From Rhizophagus irregularis (lineage: Eukaryota), in the NCBI RefSeq assembly GCF_026210795.1, contig NC_089435.1:558001-622000 (forward strand): DNA of 64,000 nucleotides, given 5' to 3'. A program made the translations under genes and the position numbers. Shown here in pieces: positions 1 through 15,200 of the stretch (within the stretch, counting starts at the first letter, position 1; each line of letters begins with the position of its first letter). The notes beneath the pieces are model-generated. The model made no database searches, had not been told where the DNA came from, and was given only the letters and a program-made list of their open reading frames with translations.

Positions 1-1368
1 AAATTTGTATTTAATTGAAAGTTATCTATGCTTGTAATGTTATTTGTCTGTTGTTCTTCACTTTCATTGATGAGATATGATCTATATAAAGAACTTGTTT
101 CATCATAAAGAGTATAGATATCAGGTCTTTTTGTTGGATCAGCATCCCAACATTGTTCCATTAGTTCTTTATATTTTAAAGGAGTTCCCGGTATTATTCT
201 TGGTCTCATTCCATTTATTATTTTTAGTGCAAGATCATAATTATGTTTATAAACAAATGGTGGTTGTCCGGATGAGATTTCCCACATAAGCATGCCAATA
301 CTATATACGTCAGACGCAAAAGAATATTTCATTTTTACAATAACTTCGGGAGCTATATAAGGAAGATTTCCATATATACTATTTAATGGTTTATCAGCTG
401 GTCCACAAAATCCAAGATCACTTATATAAGTATCTCCATTATATAATATGTTTCCAGAATGCAAATCTCTGTGAATTGCATTTTCTTTATGAATTCTAGA
501 CACACCATACACTATATCATCAATAATTTGAATTCTTCTTTTCCATGTAAGTTTATTATGATTTTGATGTAAATATCCTCTTAAATTATTATCCAATTCA
601 AACATTACAAGCATATAATTCCCATCTGATGGATCTTTTGTTATACCATAGCATTTAACAATTTGACCATATTTGTTACTTATAGATAAATGAGATTTAC
701 CCTATAAAAAATAATGGATATTATTATATAGTAATTATTTTAATCACTTTTTCAAATAATTTTAAATTACATACCTCTTCAAACCAACTTTTATTAGCAC
801 TTTCAACATTTTCTAACTTTTTGAGTACTACATTATGTCCTCCATATCTTTTTAATTGTTTTTCTTTTGAATCCCATTCTTCATAAAATCCATCAATCCA
901 ATATGCTTCATAAATTTCAGAACATCCACCTTTAGTTAAATATTCAATATTTTGTAATTTATCATATGGGATCCATTCTACTATACTATCTGGTTGAAGT
1001 GTTTCCATTTGACATTGTTGTATTAAATTATCAATATCATTATTTCCAGATGTCCAGTTTGAAAATTTTGATTTTAAATAATTTCGAACACAATGTTCAC
1101 AGTATAATGTAGCTAAACATTCATCATGACAATTTTCACAAATTCTTTTTATTCCTTCATTTTCAAGAATTTTATAATAGTCAAAATCTTTATTTAATAA
1201 TTTTACTGCTGCATATGATTTTTCATCTTTTGTAAGAGATTTGTCAGCAAGAATAGTTTGTTGCATAAATTCAAATTGTTTGTCTATGGTATCTTGAGTA
1301 TTAAAATCTGTTAATGCAAATGCTCTATTAATTGCATCAAAAACTATGTCTTCTCGAATAGAAGTCAT
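1..1368 (-). CDS. TKL-like protein kinase; exons 1368-775 and 701-<1, runs off the window edge
   Basis: CxxC-CxxC, WTSGN, EWIPY, KGGCSEIY, HRDLHSGNIL, ISDLG and PYIAPE motifs; GT-AG intron 774-702 keeps the frame. Confidence 0.9.
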
Positions 1369-2409
1369 AATGTGAGATAAACATAAATTTTTTTTTTTAT
1401 TAAAAATGAAATTTATGGATTAACAAATTCCGGAGCGAGTTTCACAAAATTTCGTAAACAAAGCAAATATTAATTAGACGAGTTAATTGTCACGCTCATG
1501 CATAATATAAATAAATATTGTGCGGTACAGGTGATAAACAGAGTGATGATTAATGTGGTGAACTTGCAGTTTCTGCAGGTGCTGCAGGTGCATAAATCAA
1601 AAACGTCAAATAAAGAATGGTCAATCACGCTATTGAAATGTTGAATCACGTGAGTCACGTGAACCGAAGAAATGACGAAACAAATTGTAAAAGTTGTAAA
1701 AGGAAAAGATTACGTAATTTGAAAATTTACACACAAAATTTGTACGTTTATTATCGCAGAATATAAGTGAACAAATTAGTGTGAATTTCTGTTATAACTT
1801 GATTTTTATCAAATAAATCGTCTAAAGTTGATTTTTAGACAAATTACAGTTTAGTAAAGTAGTTGGTGCTTCAAATCAAGCGATTATAACATTAGAATTA
1901 ATGCAAAAAACAATCACCTGTTGACTAATAAGAAACCATGGCTTAAAGTTAAACAAGTCGCATGCGTGTCCTACTACATCATAACCCTATACAACATCGT
2001 TGTCATACTTTATATTATCTCTGTTATATCACAAAAACTATAAAATAAATAATAATTAGAAGTATAAACAGAATAATTCTACAGTACATGTCACAGAATT
2101 AGTACTTAATAAATCCTAATTTTTTTATAAAAAAGGTATAATCAAAAATTAAATTTTTTTTCTGACATAAAATTTTATAAAAATATATATACATATATAT
2201 TTTTATTACGCCAAAAAAATTCAAAAAAAAATATTACGCTAGTTGGGAATTTAGAACAATCAAAACTGCGCCATATATCAAATCACGCGTACACTGAATC
2301 ACGTGCCTGAGCTTTTTTTGATGTGGAAGATAAATTGTAAGACCTACGCAACATATGCTGCGTTGTATTCCGTTGTTACTACTACACCATAGCACTTATT
2401 TGAGTAAAG

Positions 2410-3363
2410 TTGTTGGAGTAGATATAACAAAAACATGTTCGTAGCTCTGGAAAGTTTAGATAATTCAAAAAATGGTACTTTGGAATTTATGCATGATTAT
2501 TCTGATGTTTTCATAATTAAGTTAATCTTGCTAATATATTGTTTTATTTTTATTTAGTATAGGTTACATTACATAATAAAATAACCAATGCTTTTATTAT
2601 TGGATTTTATGGAATAACTCAGGATTCGGAAACAAAAAATTATATTATAGTTTTAAATTATGCGGAAAATGGAAGTTTACGAAATTATTTAGATAAAGAA
2701 TATAGAAAATTAAATTGGAATGGAAAGATCGATTATATTATGATATTATAATTGGAACGTATTCATGAAAGGAATAAATTCATTGAGATTTACATATTAA
2801 AAATATATTAAAGCTTAAATATGATACTGCTATAACTGATATGGGATTATGTAAACACGCAAATTATATTGAATCAGAAAATAACATTGTGTTTTAACTT
2901 ATATAGCTCCTAAAATTTTAAGAGGATAAAATTATACAAAGGCTGCTAATAATTATAGTTTTGGCATAATTATGTATGAAGTAATTTCTGGACTACCCTC
3001 ATACATTTAAGCCATGATAAAAAATTTAGTAATAAGAATATGCCAAGGGTTCAATATTAAAGTAACTAAATTAATTGTATATTTCTTAAGAGATATTTAG
3101 ATGCAAATCCACTAAATCGACCGATAGCAAGAGAAGTTAAAGATGCTATAAACAAATGGAGATATGAACCAGTAGAATTGCAACCACAAAATTGAAGAAA
3201 CAGAAATAAACAATTCATTAAATAACATCATTCCATCAACTAGTTTAGGATTATCATACAAAACACATTCGGAAGCAAGTACTGCAGATTGCTCGATTTT
3301 AAGAACCTTCTTGAACCAAAAAATTGTTGATTAATGATAATATAATAAGCACGAAATTTTCAG
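2410..3363 (+). pseudogene. Degraded TKL-like kinase
   Basis: Fragments YGITQDSETKNYIIVLNYAENGSLRNYL, DMGLCK, YSFGIIMYEVISG with multiple frameshifts and stops; ends approximate. Confidence 0.8.
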
Positions 3364-4250
3364 GTATTAATGATAATTTCATAATGTAAAATAATTCTTA
3401 AAGATACTAATAAAATTTTTAATTAATTAAATGGAAACTTCACAATTTATTATTTCTCAATTAAATACTAATTAAGATGTAATTTATTGATTTTTCTATG
3501 ATTAATATTATTTTTAAGGTTCAAACAGAAAACAGGTTGAACAAAATCATTATTTAAAGGTAATTAACAACTAAACTTTAGTTGACGTTGCCGACAATAT
3601 TAGATATTTATAATATAATATTCTTGACTTTCAAAAACTTTTTTTTTTTCACGATTACAATTCAAAATTCTGTTTAACGTTTATTTTCATCAGTGTATTA
3701 GTATTTTATTTTAATTAATTTATTTATTTAGTTAATTTTGCATCCAAATGAATTTTTTTATATAATTATTAAGAATTACGCTAAATAATTTAAATTTTAA
3801 TGTATTTTTAAATTATTTACTTGATTAACTTGATTATTTTATATTCTTGATATAATAAATTTTGTTGATTTTGTTGTATATAATTTCCGATCCTGATATA
3901 AAAGTTAAAACTAGTTGATATAAATGTATAAAAATTACTTCAATTTTTATCTTACAAATGAAACAAATAACACTTCAACAATATTGTTATTTGAAATATC
4001 TTAATTAATGTGTTTACTACATCAATTAAATTCCTTGGGATGTGCGATAGGTACTACAAAAACATGTATTGTACGGTTAGCTAAATATGTATTGTACGGT
4101 TGATTTTTTCGCATGTTGTATTAAACAAATAATAATTAATAATACAAATCTTAATATGATGAAAATAAAATACTTTATAAGAACTTCAAAGGTGGAATAT
4201 TAGGTTTTTAAAAATATAATTCCATCTACTTTCTTTTCTCATCATATAGT

Positions 4251-7200
4251 TAGGGATGGGGAAGTTCCACAAATGAGCGGCTTGAGCACGGTTCTGAACT
4301 GAGAACCGAGCCGGAACCGAGAACCGGTTCCGGTTCTCTAGAACTGAACCGTTTGACTCGAGCAGTTCGGTTCGGTTTATAATTATATATAATATTATAA
4401 TGGTCGTTTGTTGTTACGCCAATTGGCTGAAATCAAAAATGGATGATATTATTTTTCAGAAATACGTCATAATATAAATATTATATCATAATTACGTCAT
4501 TGATTTTTTTTAATTTTTTTTTCAGTTAAATAATAAAAAGACAAATAATATAACCATTTCAATTATTCGTCAAAGATCAAATATATTTTACGTCGGTTAG
4601 ATGCTAAAAGGCAAAAGTTTTCTAATTCTTACGATTATTTTTTAAAACACCATACGAAAAAATTCACCAATAATCAAAGAACTGAAAAATGTTTGAATTA
4701 AACGGAAAAGTTACGATAATTATAAATATACAAAATAGGAAATTTTGATTGTTCCTTTAAGTTGAAATAATAATTAATCGGTTAAGAAACTTGTATTTGA
4801 TCCCGTACACTATGAAATTAACATAATCGTCCCTATCAATATGATGATTTGCCTAAAAAAGAATCTGTAATAAATAAATACTGATAATCTAAAAAGATTA
4901 CTTAAAAAAAATCCACTCTCATCTCGGAATGTCATTAAGTGACGAAGAATTTGTTCCTGACCAAGAAGATTTAGTGCTTGATGATGAAGAGTTTGATGAA
5001 GAGTGGGAAGATGTTTTAGACCTTGATGAGACAGCTAGCCAGTTGTCACGTATGAATATAGGATCAGATACTGATGCTTCGGATATAACAACTACGTTAG
5101 GAAGTGCTGTATGGCAATACTTTGATAAAAATCCATCATATGCTCCAGGCTATAATATTTGCAAAATATGTTCCAATAGATACAGAATAACAACGAGCGT
5201 TAGTACTTTGCGAAAGCATCTTAATAAACATAGTTTAAGTGTACCTAAGAAAAAATACGTTGTAATTGAAAAAAGAGATCCTTTTGATAAAGAAGAACAA
5301 CAAATTCACGATAAATACCTTACTGATTGGTTGATCTGTGACCTTCAGCCATTCACGGTTGTTGAAAACCATTATTTTAAAATGTTCATCAATTTTTTCT
5401 GCCCGCGATATATTATTCCTGATAGACATAAGGCAAAAGGTAATTTATTTTAAAAAACTTTTTAAAACTCACATAATAACATCTAATTTTCTTTCTATTT
5501 AAATAGACTTAATAATCGCTACATTTACAAACCGAAGAGACGCAGTTATCAACAAACTCCATAAAATCGAAGGAAAATTCACGTTAACGGCAGATATGTG
5601 GACGTCTACCATAAATCGGGAGGCATTTTTAGGACTCACTATACATTATGTGGATTCCAACTGGAAACTCCAGAATTTTCTTCTTGATATCGTCCCTTTT
5701 ACAGTTAGCCATTCTGGAGCAAATATGGCAAGAGAAATAATGCGAACTTTGGAGGAGTTCAATATTTCCAATAAAATCGTCGCGCTCACAACAGATAATG
5801 AATCTGCTATGATAGTTTGCGGGAGAGAGATTGCTTTAGATATGGATGATGGGTTTTCATCCATGATTTTTTCTCACTACCGGTGCGCTGCACACGTCCT
5901 AAACTTAGGTGTGAAAGAGGGACTAAAACTAGTTAACGATTCCATTAAAAAGGCTCGTAAACTAATGAATAGCATTAAAAATTCGACCCGTCTATGTGAT
6001 AATCTTCGCCTCTTGTGCAACTTAAAAGAAATTAAGTACCTTAAACCTATTATTGATGTAGAGACACGCTGGAACTCTACCTATTATATGTTGAGGCGTT
6101 TGGAGGTACTTGAACCAGCACTAGTTTTACTAGTAGCTGATAATCGATCAATTCATGCTTTTTACCCAAATGATGATGATTGGATTGCTATCAAAGTAAA
6201 TAATTTCTATTAAATTTTAGAAAATTTAATATTATTAAAAAAAAAATAATGCACCAATTTTTTTTTAAAAAAAAATTAATATTACTTATTTTTAAATAGG
6301 ATACGCTTTTGCTTCTTGAACCCCTAGAAAAAGCTACCAAATATTTGTCGGCATCATCTTATCCAACGATGGGTGAGACTCGCTTTATTTTTCGGGAATC
6401 CAGGCACATCTAACGAAAAATATGGAAAATGAGACCTTTACGCAACGTGAAATGGCAACTTTGATACACCGGAAAATAAGACAATATTGGATGATTATGG
6501 ATAAATCTTCGATTACTTCTGCAATTCTGGACCCTCAAAATAAACTTACAATATTCTCGGATGAGTCAAGACTAAGCGCTCTCCAACATATTCAAGACAC
6601 ATACAATACATATAAAGAATGGTCCTTACCTACGAATACAAAACAATATGCTCCTAATAGTACACGCCAGTATTTTGCACGATTGCAACAAATAAATGAA
6701 GAAATTGACCAAACCAGCGACGAAATTTCTCCAGTAATTCCAGCAGTAGAATTCGAAGAATTGAATCGGTATCTTCAACTACCGATTGATGAGGGGACTG
6801 ATCCTCTAACATGGTGGCAAGCGCATTCTAACGAATTCCCGGTATTATGTAACATTGCGCGAGATTTTCTTTGTATTCAAGCAACGAGCGTTGCATCAGA
6901 ACAAGCATTTTCGGTAGCTGGAAATACAATCACTAAAACCCGGAATCGTTTATTGCCGGAAACTGCAAGAGTTTGTCTGTGTATGAAAAGTTGGATTAAT
7001 AATAAGCTAGTCAAATAATAATTTTTTTTTACTTAGCCAGTTAGCCTAGCTGTTATTCGGTTTTTTTTTACTTTACTTTACAATGCCACTAACTCGAATT
7101 TCGTTATTTTTCACTGATGTCAAAAAAAAAACATTTTAATAAATAAATATATAAAGTTAGCCAAATATATAATAGTAAATAATAAGTGTCTTGATTTATT

Positions 7201-7503
7201 TGGCATAAGAAAAAGAGGCGATTACCGAAATTACAATAATTTTTTTATTTTCAGTTGCGTTTATTTAAACAAAGTGTGCAACTTTAAAAAACCAATTAAA
7301 TTGGCAATATTTTTAAGGCTATTACTAAATTAGTAACGAATGTAGATGATTGGATCGTCATTAATTATAGATCAAATTTAACCGACTCGAGCCGACTCAA
7401 ACTGACTCAAACCGACTAGAGCCGTTCCATGAAACTGAGCTCGGAGCCGGTTCCGCCGCTCAGCAGAACCGGAATGGAACTGATGGAACCGTCCCCATCC
7501 CTA
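4251..7503 (+). mobile_element. Full-length hAT DNA transposon
   Basis: TIR TAGGGATGGGGA...TCCCCATCCCTA; perfect 8-bp TSD CATATAGT (4243-4250 and 7504-7511); GAACCG-like subterminal repeats. Confidence 0.97.
4929..7018 (+). pseudogene. hAT transposase (BED zinc finger, DDE core, C-terminal dimerisation domain); exons 4929-5439, 5507-6195, 6300-7018; one frameshift near 6390
   Basis: VWQYF..CKIC..LRKHL..H BED finger, TADMWTS, TTDN, RCAAHVLNL, TRWNSTY, WW..FP.L..ARDFL..ATSVASEQAFS. Confidence 0.93.
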
Positions 7504-8580
7504 CATATAGTTTAAATAAGTTGATCGAGAAACTATAATTGCTAAATGTAGTTAATTTCTCTAATAATAGTATCCGGCTTATCCTTTGCCAACTATAATT
7601 ATTAATTTAAATTAATAGGGATCTTGAAAGAAGTGCAAAAAATATGTAGGTAAGATTCGATTCATATTTTGCAAGTTTGTTAATAAAAAAGGAAAAAAGA
7701 AAGTTAATAGTTTAACACATGGCCAAAAAATAAAATAAAATGGAATGTAGTGAAATGAAATGAAATGAAAAGATGAAATAAAATAAATGAATTAAATAAG
7801 TCATTATTTGAGAGTCATGCACTAGAAAATAAAAGAACGATGCCAAAAACGTGGCAAGAGTTAATAATAATAATACAATATATTGGGAATAATAAATTAA
7901 ACTTGGAATAAAAAACTTTTGAATTCTTTTATATTAAAAATTGTAATTATAATTGTAAATTATTTAATTAATTGTATAACTGATAAATTCTATTGCCTTT
8001 TTATCATAAAAAATTGCGATTTTACCAAAATTCAGTGTCCGAAATCTAAGGTTGCTAAATCGTCATATACTAGTATTATAAATGGGAAATGATTTTTCCA
8101 GTGGGTTAGGTATAATACTGGTATAATTGAAATTTTGCAAAAAATTTAACCAGCTAAATAATAGATTAAATAACGGAATTCTTTCATTTAGCAGGACTGC
8201 AGGAATGAAAGACTCTGTTTGTTAAGTAGAGTTTAATAGGAGTGAAGGACTTTATGAATTATGATAAATTATGCAGATATTGCCTATTATGTGTGCGGGA
8301 ATGAAATCTACCAAAAATTTTATGCGTCGGTTTCGTCAGTTCATCAAAATTGCTGTGAAATTAGTTATTATTAAATGTTTTTTTAATAGAAAGATACAGT
8401 ATTTCTTAACGGTAACCTGTATTTTTATGTAAAAAGATTATATGTTTAACTTTTTTATTATATCGTCTTGTCAATTATTTCATCTTTAACCATGTTTTTT
8501 CTCTTAAAAAAATTTATCAACTATATGTAAAAAGATTTTGAGCGAGTTAAAAAATCTCATTTAAGAATAAGTAATTCTTC

Positions 8581-8724
8581 ACAGAAACTTCAAAATCGTA
8601 GTGATGGCTTAATGCGCAGTAACTGCATTATAAATACATAGTGACCACATTATGTAATCGTAAGGAAATTACATATATGCAGTTACTGCGCATTAAGCCA
8701 TTGCTACGATCTTGAAGTTTCTGT
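8581..8724. mobile_element. Short foldback MITE
   Basis: About 50-bp inverted repeat ACAGAAACTTCAAAATCGTAG..TTAATGCGCAGTAACTGCAT / ATGCAGTTACTGCGCATTAAG..CTACGATCTTGAAGTTTCTGT. Confidence 0.7.
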
Positions 8725-9342
8725 AAAGTTTTTTTAAATATAAAAAGAGTGAAAAGAATAGTTATTTATTTAATACCTGAAAGAAATTTTTTGTCTTTTT
8801 ATTAGTTAGTTAAATACAATAAAAAACGAATAATAAATTAATAATTAATAAGTAAAAAAAAAAATCTAACTAAAAGAACTGAAAAATAAAATATTTTAAA
8901 AAAAGTTTTTTACTTCAAATCACTGGAGGTGATCATCACCGTTGGCCAGAATTATAAATGTTTACCGGCACTATGGTTTTTAATGCTGGTCGATCATCAT
9001 AATTTCAGTCACCGGTGATCATAAATCCGGTGATAGTTAGAAAATCCTTAAAGAAAATTAAAAAAAAAAAATTAAAAATCAATTTTTTTTGGTTTGAAAA
9101 GAAAAACCGGAAAATAAAACTAATTACAGTAATTAAATTCCAGGTTTATAAAAACTGAAAAAAAGGTACCAAATAATAAATAAATTTACCAATTTATAAG
9201 AAAAAAGCTATTTAATAAATTTCCTGATTTATAGGAGCAAAAAAAAAAAAAAAATTAAAAAATAACGATAAAAGTAAAGCCCTTAGCGATCTGCCAAAAT
9301 TTTGATTGTGCACATGACCCGAAATTTCCGATATACTAACTA

Positions 9343-9761
9343 CAGTCGACTCTGGTTATAACGAACCTGTTTGTACCGAAACCTCGCTATACCGAATCAT
9401 AATTTCCAGAACCGATTTTTTATAAATAATTTCACTGGATATAACGAACTTTTATAATAAAACACTATATAACGCATCCGAACCAAACTTAACCAGCCCT
9501 ATATATCAGCTATATAATAACTTTATACTTTCTATAACGAACGGTCATGTAACTATATAGTAGTCCAGGCCAATTTTATAGTGCTGGCCAGAATTACTAG
9601 TAATTTTTTCGAAAATTTATGTTAAAAGAAATTATAATTTTGGCCAGCATTACAAATTTGGCCTAAATTACCTATAAAGAAAACTAGTTCGGTATATTAT
9701 ATAACTATATACCGAACTAAACCTCCTGGAACGGAGGGTTCGTTATATCCAGAGTTGACTG
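9343..9761. mobile_element. pogo/Tc1-mariner-type MITE
   Basis: TIR CAGTCGACTCTGGTTATAACGAACC / GGTTCGTTATATCCAGAGTTGACTG with TA on both sides. Confidence 0.88.
9555..9676. mobile_element. Small foldback MITE nested in the pogo-like MITE
   Basis: Imperfect 40-bp inverted repeat AGGCCAATTTTATAGTGCTGGCCAGAATTA / TAATTTTGGCCAGCATTACAAATTTGGCCT; related sequence near 37650 and 53692-53839. Confidence 0.65.
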
Positions 9762-10421
9762 TATGACTCAAAGAACATACAGTATAAATATTATATCATT
9801 CTCACGCCACACAACCCAAATCACCCATATGGAGACTATTCTAAATGTCAGACAAATTTTTTGTTATATAGATTGTTAAAAACAATCCTTATTAAAACTG
9901 CTGGTTATAAAAAAAGAATTAAAATAAAAAATGATCCAACCCGATTATTTTGAAAGATCACATGAATCGACCCATCTGGGAACAATCCGGGATCAATGAA
10001 AATAGAAATAATTGATCAAATCACTTTTAAAATAGAGAACTTATCAAAAATATTTGAGTCTTGAGATACCATTTTCATCTAAAATTTAGAAATCATTTAT
10101 GTAACACGTTAAATTTATACTGTATCTGTGTACCGTTAAAACAAATGATAATAGTAAAAATTATTTTTATTTTCTTGTCGTAAAAAATTTATATTTCGCG
10201 TATTTTGCGTCTAAACAGTCCAAAAATTATTTTAATATACTTATTGATTTGAATGTTCATTTCTTGAATTTTCAAGGTTGTACCATTCTATAGATTAGAT
10301 TTAAAGTATCAAAGCAATACCGATTACTAAAGAATTTTGGCTTTAAACTTTATGTTTATAATGTTTATTATTTTCAAAATTAAATTACATCGTGTGGTGC
10401 TTGAAATTTAGATAAATTTAA

Positions 10422-11428
10422 GATTCAATCCGCCTATAATCGACAGAAAATTACTATATAAATTCGGGGGAAATTTTATTGCAAAAAATAAACTAAATAG
10501 GCAAAATTTTGCCAATCAAAATCATCACAAATCATGTTGTGATACCAAGTCATGTGATGAAACTTAAAAATGCCAAGAAAAATATCGAGAAAAATATTTT
10601 CACATAGAAACTCACAATAAACGCTAAAATCTGACACCTACCGTGTCTTAAATATTCATTTATTCAGTAAAATTGCTTCACGCATGAAAATTACTCAAAT
10701 ATTATTGTCAAAGGGATGGTTTTTTGGCTAAAAACAAGCGTAACTAACGTACAAATAGAAAAGATCTAAAAATGAAAAATTCAACCTAAAATAACCTATC
10801 TGCTATATAAATCCTTCTAAAAGCCATTATTACCTATTGTTCTGGTAATTGTATGTTATTTTTTTATATTATTGTTACAACACTTTCAAAAAGCTAATAA
10901 TATTTTGCAAACTAATGCTAAGAGTTTGTGTGATGCACTCAAATTGAAAAACTAGATAAGAATACATATACCAAAACTTCCACCATTTGAAATTAATTTA
11001 CGGGTTACTCCTCATGAAAATAGAAAGAGATCATAGTAACATGTGAACTAAAAGCAAGAGAAAATATTAGAATTATATAAAACAAGTAGTTTCAAACATA
11101 TAAAATACATGAGAACATAATTTTAAGTGTTCATATATGTTAAAATAACGTAATATACGACTTGAAATTCTCACATATATATATATACATACCTGTCAAA
11201 TCTGACGCTGCCTCAAAGTAAAGTTTTGAACAAATAAATAAATTTCTCAATTTTTTTTTATTTTTTTCATCTTTGACATTTAAGGAATCATCATGTGAAT
11301 TTTGGTGCCACAGCATGATGATCTGCGGTTTTTATAGCCCATAAAATTTAGCCAATTTTGGCATTTTTATAATAACCTCGCCCCGAATTTATATAGTAAT
11401 TTTCTGTCGTTCGTAGGCGGATCGGCTC
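10422..11428. mobile_element. Non-autonomous TIR element with TTAA TSD (Kolobok-like GA..TC termini)
   Basis: About 45-bp TIR ATCCGCCTA..CGACAGAAAATTACTATATAAATTCGGGG at both ends; TTAA at 10418-10421 and 11429-11432. Confidence 0.8.
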
Positions 11429-11814
11429 TTAACGACTTTTGTTTAATGTTGCTTAAAATATCAATAATTAAAAAATACAATTTGTTAATAACATAAAAAA
11501 ATTTATATACTTTAGGAATCTTCAAATAATAATTTTGGTGAATTATTTTTTATCCTTACTACTACTCGAGTCTATTCCACATCATATCAGAATCTTAAAC
11601 CAATATTCAAGCAACTTCATAATAAAATATTTGATGAATTTGAGTAGGGAGTGTGAATATATAACCACCAGCAGTTTTATGTATGTCACGAAGAACAAAA
11701 ATGACATGACCATGAGTATGATGATGTAGTGCTAAAAAAAAAGAAATTCATTAATTCGTTAATTTAATATAATCTTCCCACTATTCGGTTAAAGAGACTC
11801 CATAGGTCTCTATC

Positions 11815-12255
11815 AAGTTATCCAACTTTTCTCCGAAGTCACAGTTCACCGAAACCCATTTCGCCGAAGGGATGTTTCACCGAAGTGCCATTTCGCCGAT
11901 ATTTTATCGAATGGCCATTTTTGTTTAAGATATGAAATTTTTTAATTTTCCTTTTTTTAGAGAAGGTAAACGAATTTTATTTTAAATCGCGTTTGTTTAT
12001 TTTCTAATTAAAAGAAAATTTGTTTTATTTGACAAATTCATCTGTGTTCATCAATTTTTCGAAACAATGGAAAATAAAATAGTTAAAGAGAATTTGTTCT
12101 TTGAACAATTTTTATTTCTTTGTATCGAATTTATCAAATGGTTAATGATCAACTGTTAAAGGAAATATTATATTAATCAAAAACATTTTCAGCGAAATGT
12201 TCTTCGATGAAATGGAAGTTTTGGGGGAAAGGATTCTGCAAAACGTACCGTAACC
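11815..12255. mobile_element. Degraded MITE, possibly MULE-like
   Basis: Tandem TTTCRCCGAA motifs at left with inverted degenerate copies at right; boundaries approximate. Confidence 0.45.
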
Positions 12256-15200
12256 CTTTATCAATACTATCAGATGTGGTTTTATGTCATTCTTGTCTTA
12301 AAAGGCAAGATATAAAGACAACGTTCATCCAATAGATTGGAACAAATAAAGTTGCGTTAATTGCATTCTCATTTAATGCTTGAGTTAAATAAGGAATAAA
12401 TGCTGCGAACGATAATTAATTCTCAAAGAAATTCTGTCATAATTTTAAAATAAGAAAAAGATGTATAATATTGTAAAATATTCTTGGAAATTCGAAAATA
12501 AAACAGTGAGCTCTGAACTCCCTTTATAACAAATTTTTCCCAACACATGGTATTTAGCCAATCAAATATAGTACATTAAATACCCTTCAGACAATTAAAT
12601 GTCTTAAATTCTTCGCAATAATCCTATAGCAAATTTGCGTGAAAACCGGAGGGTACGTCATGACTATACATAACTTCCTGTTGGTTTTCTTCCTGTTCAT
12701 CTGCTAGTAAAATTTGGTTTAAGCCAAGTTTCAACTATTTCCTTCGTATTATCATTGTTTGTGAGCATATTTCTAAAGTTAAAACATTTGAATTATTAAT
12801 TCCGCGAGAATCAAAAGTAGTTTTTAACATCTTTACGTGAAGAAGCACAAACTATACTCCAGGTTTTTCTATGCGAAACAATTTTCAAATTAAAAAATGA
12901 AAGAAAAATTTACGAAAATTTAGTAATTTAAATTGAATAAATTCATACGATTCCAGTACCACAAACTAAAACTCCTTTTCTTTTTTGTTTCTTTTTTTGT
13001 TATTAACTAATGGTGCAAATAGATTTTAATATTATTTTTTTTGTAATAATTAATTTTGTGTAAAATCAAGTCCTTAGGGGATAACTTTGATTAATGGATT
13101 AATGACCAAAAAAAATAAATTTTTACAAATTTTATCATTACTGCACAAGAAATATAACCGAGTTTATTTAAAGAATTATATTATTCACTGTATTCAATCC
13201 ACACAACAAAAAAGGATGACAATTTGGAAGAGCTGTTGAGCGTAATGCAGGAGAATTAAAATTATTTTTATAATAACTTCTGAAAAGATCACGGGGGATA
13301 GCTTCTGTGGAAAGTCTCCAGAAATTCATTTGAGAATGTGAAAATAATTCATATAAAATATGAATTAATCATTATAGTTATATGATCTTATTAATATATT
13401 TTTTATTAATATAAGATACCATTTTCAATAAATTAAAATTTTTGGGTTATTATTATAGAGAAATAAAAAAATTTTAAATTTTACATTTTTTTATTGCAAA
13501 ATCAATTACAAAATCAATAAAACTCAATAAATTTAGAATTTATAAAAATCTAAACTACCAAAAAAGTTTAGACTGTGTTAAAGTCTTATATGATTATATT
13601 TATTATAAGAAATATGAATTTTTACTATACTAGTTTCAATATTTTTTTTGTAATACATAAAATTATAACTTTCAATTTCAATTTTACATTACAGCTCTTT
13701 ATGCTTAAAAACTAAAACTTATGTAATTTTTTTTTAAAAAAACCGACATCAATATCATCAGTTCTTAAAATAAAATATAAAAAAATAATTTTATTTTTAA
13801 TTTTATACATTAGAAATGGATTTATATGCTTGTATTATATTAATAGTTTATATTTAATAATTGGAAAAGTTATAAAAAAAAAGATTTATTTAAATTACAA
13901 ACTAAGAAATTTATAAATATTTACTACTCTAACCTCAGTGTTTAAATAAATCTTAATATTTGGATAAAATATAAAAAATGGGAATTATTTAAATTACAAA
14001 CTAAGAATCTTGTAAAATATTTTACTATTCTAGCCTTAGTGTTTAAATAAATTTAAAAAGAATAAAATAAAATCAATTTCTGCTGAATGCAGTAATATCA
14101 CTTATTAAAAAACTAAATAATATCTAAATAATAAATAAATAAAATTAATTTTGCATAAATAATTTGTAAAATTGATTTTGTTTATATATTATATTACATA
14201 CCAAATGACTTAAATTCTTCACTTACTAGCATTTCACTCACTTATACACTAATAACTTGTGATTCAAGAATTTCATTCAATTTTTTACTAGTAAGATCAA
14301 GTAAGCGACTTGTATAATATGCTTGTGAATGAGATTCAGTAGCAAAATTGGTATGCCCAATTGGTGCATTTATAAATTCCATAACACTACATTTTAATTC
14401 TTCATTAATATCTTCAATATTCATTTTGTAAGGGATATAAGCCCATTTTTTAATAATATCCGAAACTTCTTCAGAAGATGGCCTTTTAGATGGATTTTTA
14501 TCCCAACATTTTTTCATCAAGTCTACATAACATTGTGGAGTATTTTCAATAATTTCAGGACGTTCACCTTTACAAATATTTAAACAAAGTTGTAGATCAT
14601 GTGCTTTATCATTAAATGTTGACACTCCAGATGTAAATTCCCACATAATCATAGAAAAACTATATATATCACTAGCTGGAGTATAAGAATTTCCTCTTAA
14701 AACTTTAGGTGCTATAAATGGTAAAACACCAAAAATGTCACCTTTTTTTGAAGATGATTTTACAGGTTCTAAATTACTAATATAAATTTTATCTGCTTTA
14801 ATCTCTTCTTTCACTTTATCATTATAATTTAAAATATTGCCATCATGAAGATCACAATGAACAAGATTATTTTTATGTATCTGATTAAGTCCAGTAATAA
14901 TTTCATATCATATATAATTTTTGGTTCCAATTCTTTTTGACTATTCTCATTAAATTTTCTCTTAAATTACCTTTATTTGCATATTCCATTACTACCATAT
15001 ATTTTGAAGTATCTGGATTTTTTGTAAATCCATATAAATCAATAATACTATATGAACTTTTTGGATATTTCCACTATAAAAAAAAATAATAATATATTAG
15101 TATAAATAACAATTTAAATGATAAAATTAAATCAAAAATAAATATAAATAATAATATATTATACTTCATTTAAAAATTCATTTAAATTATCATTTAAATT

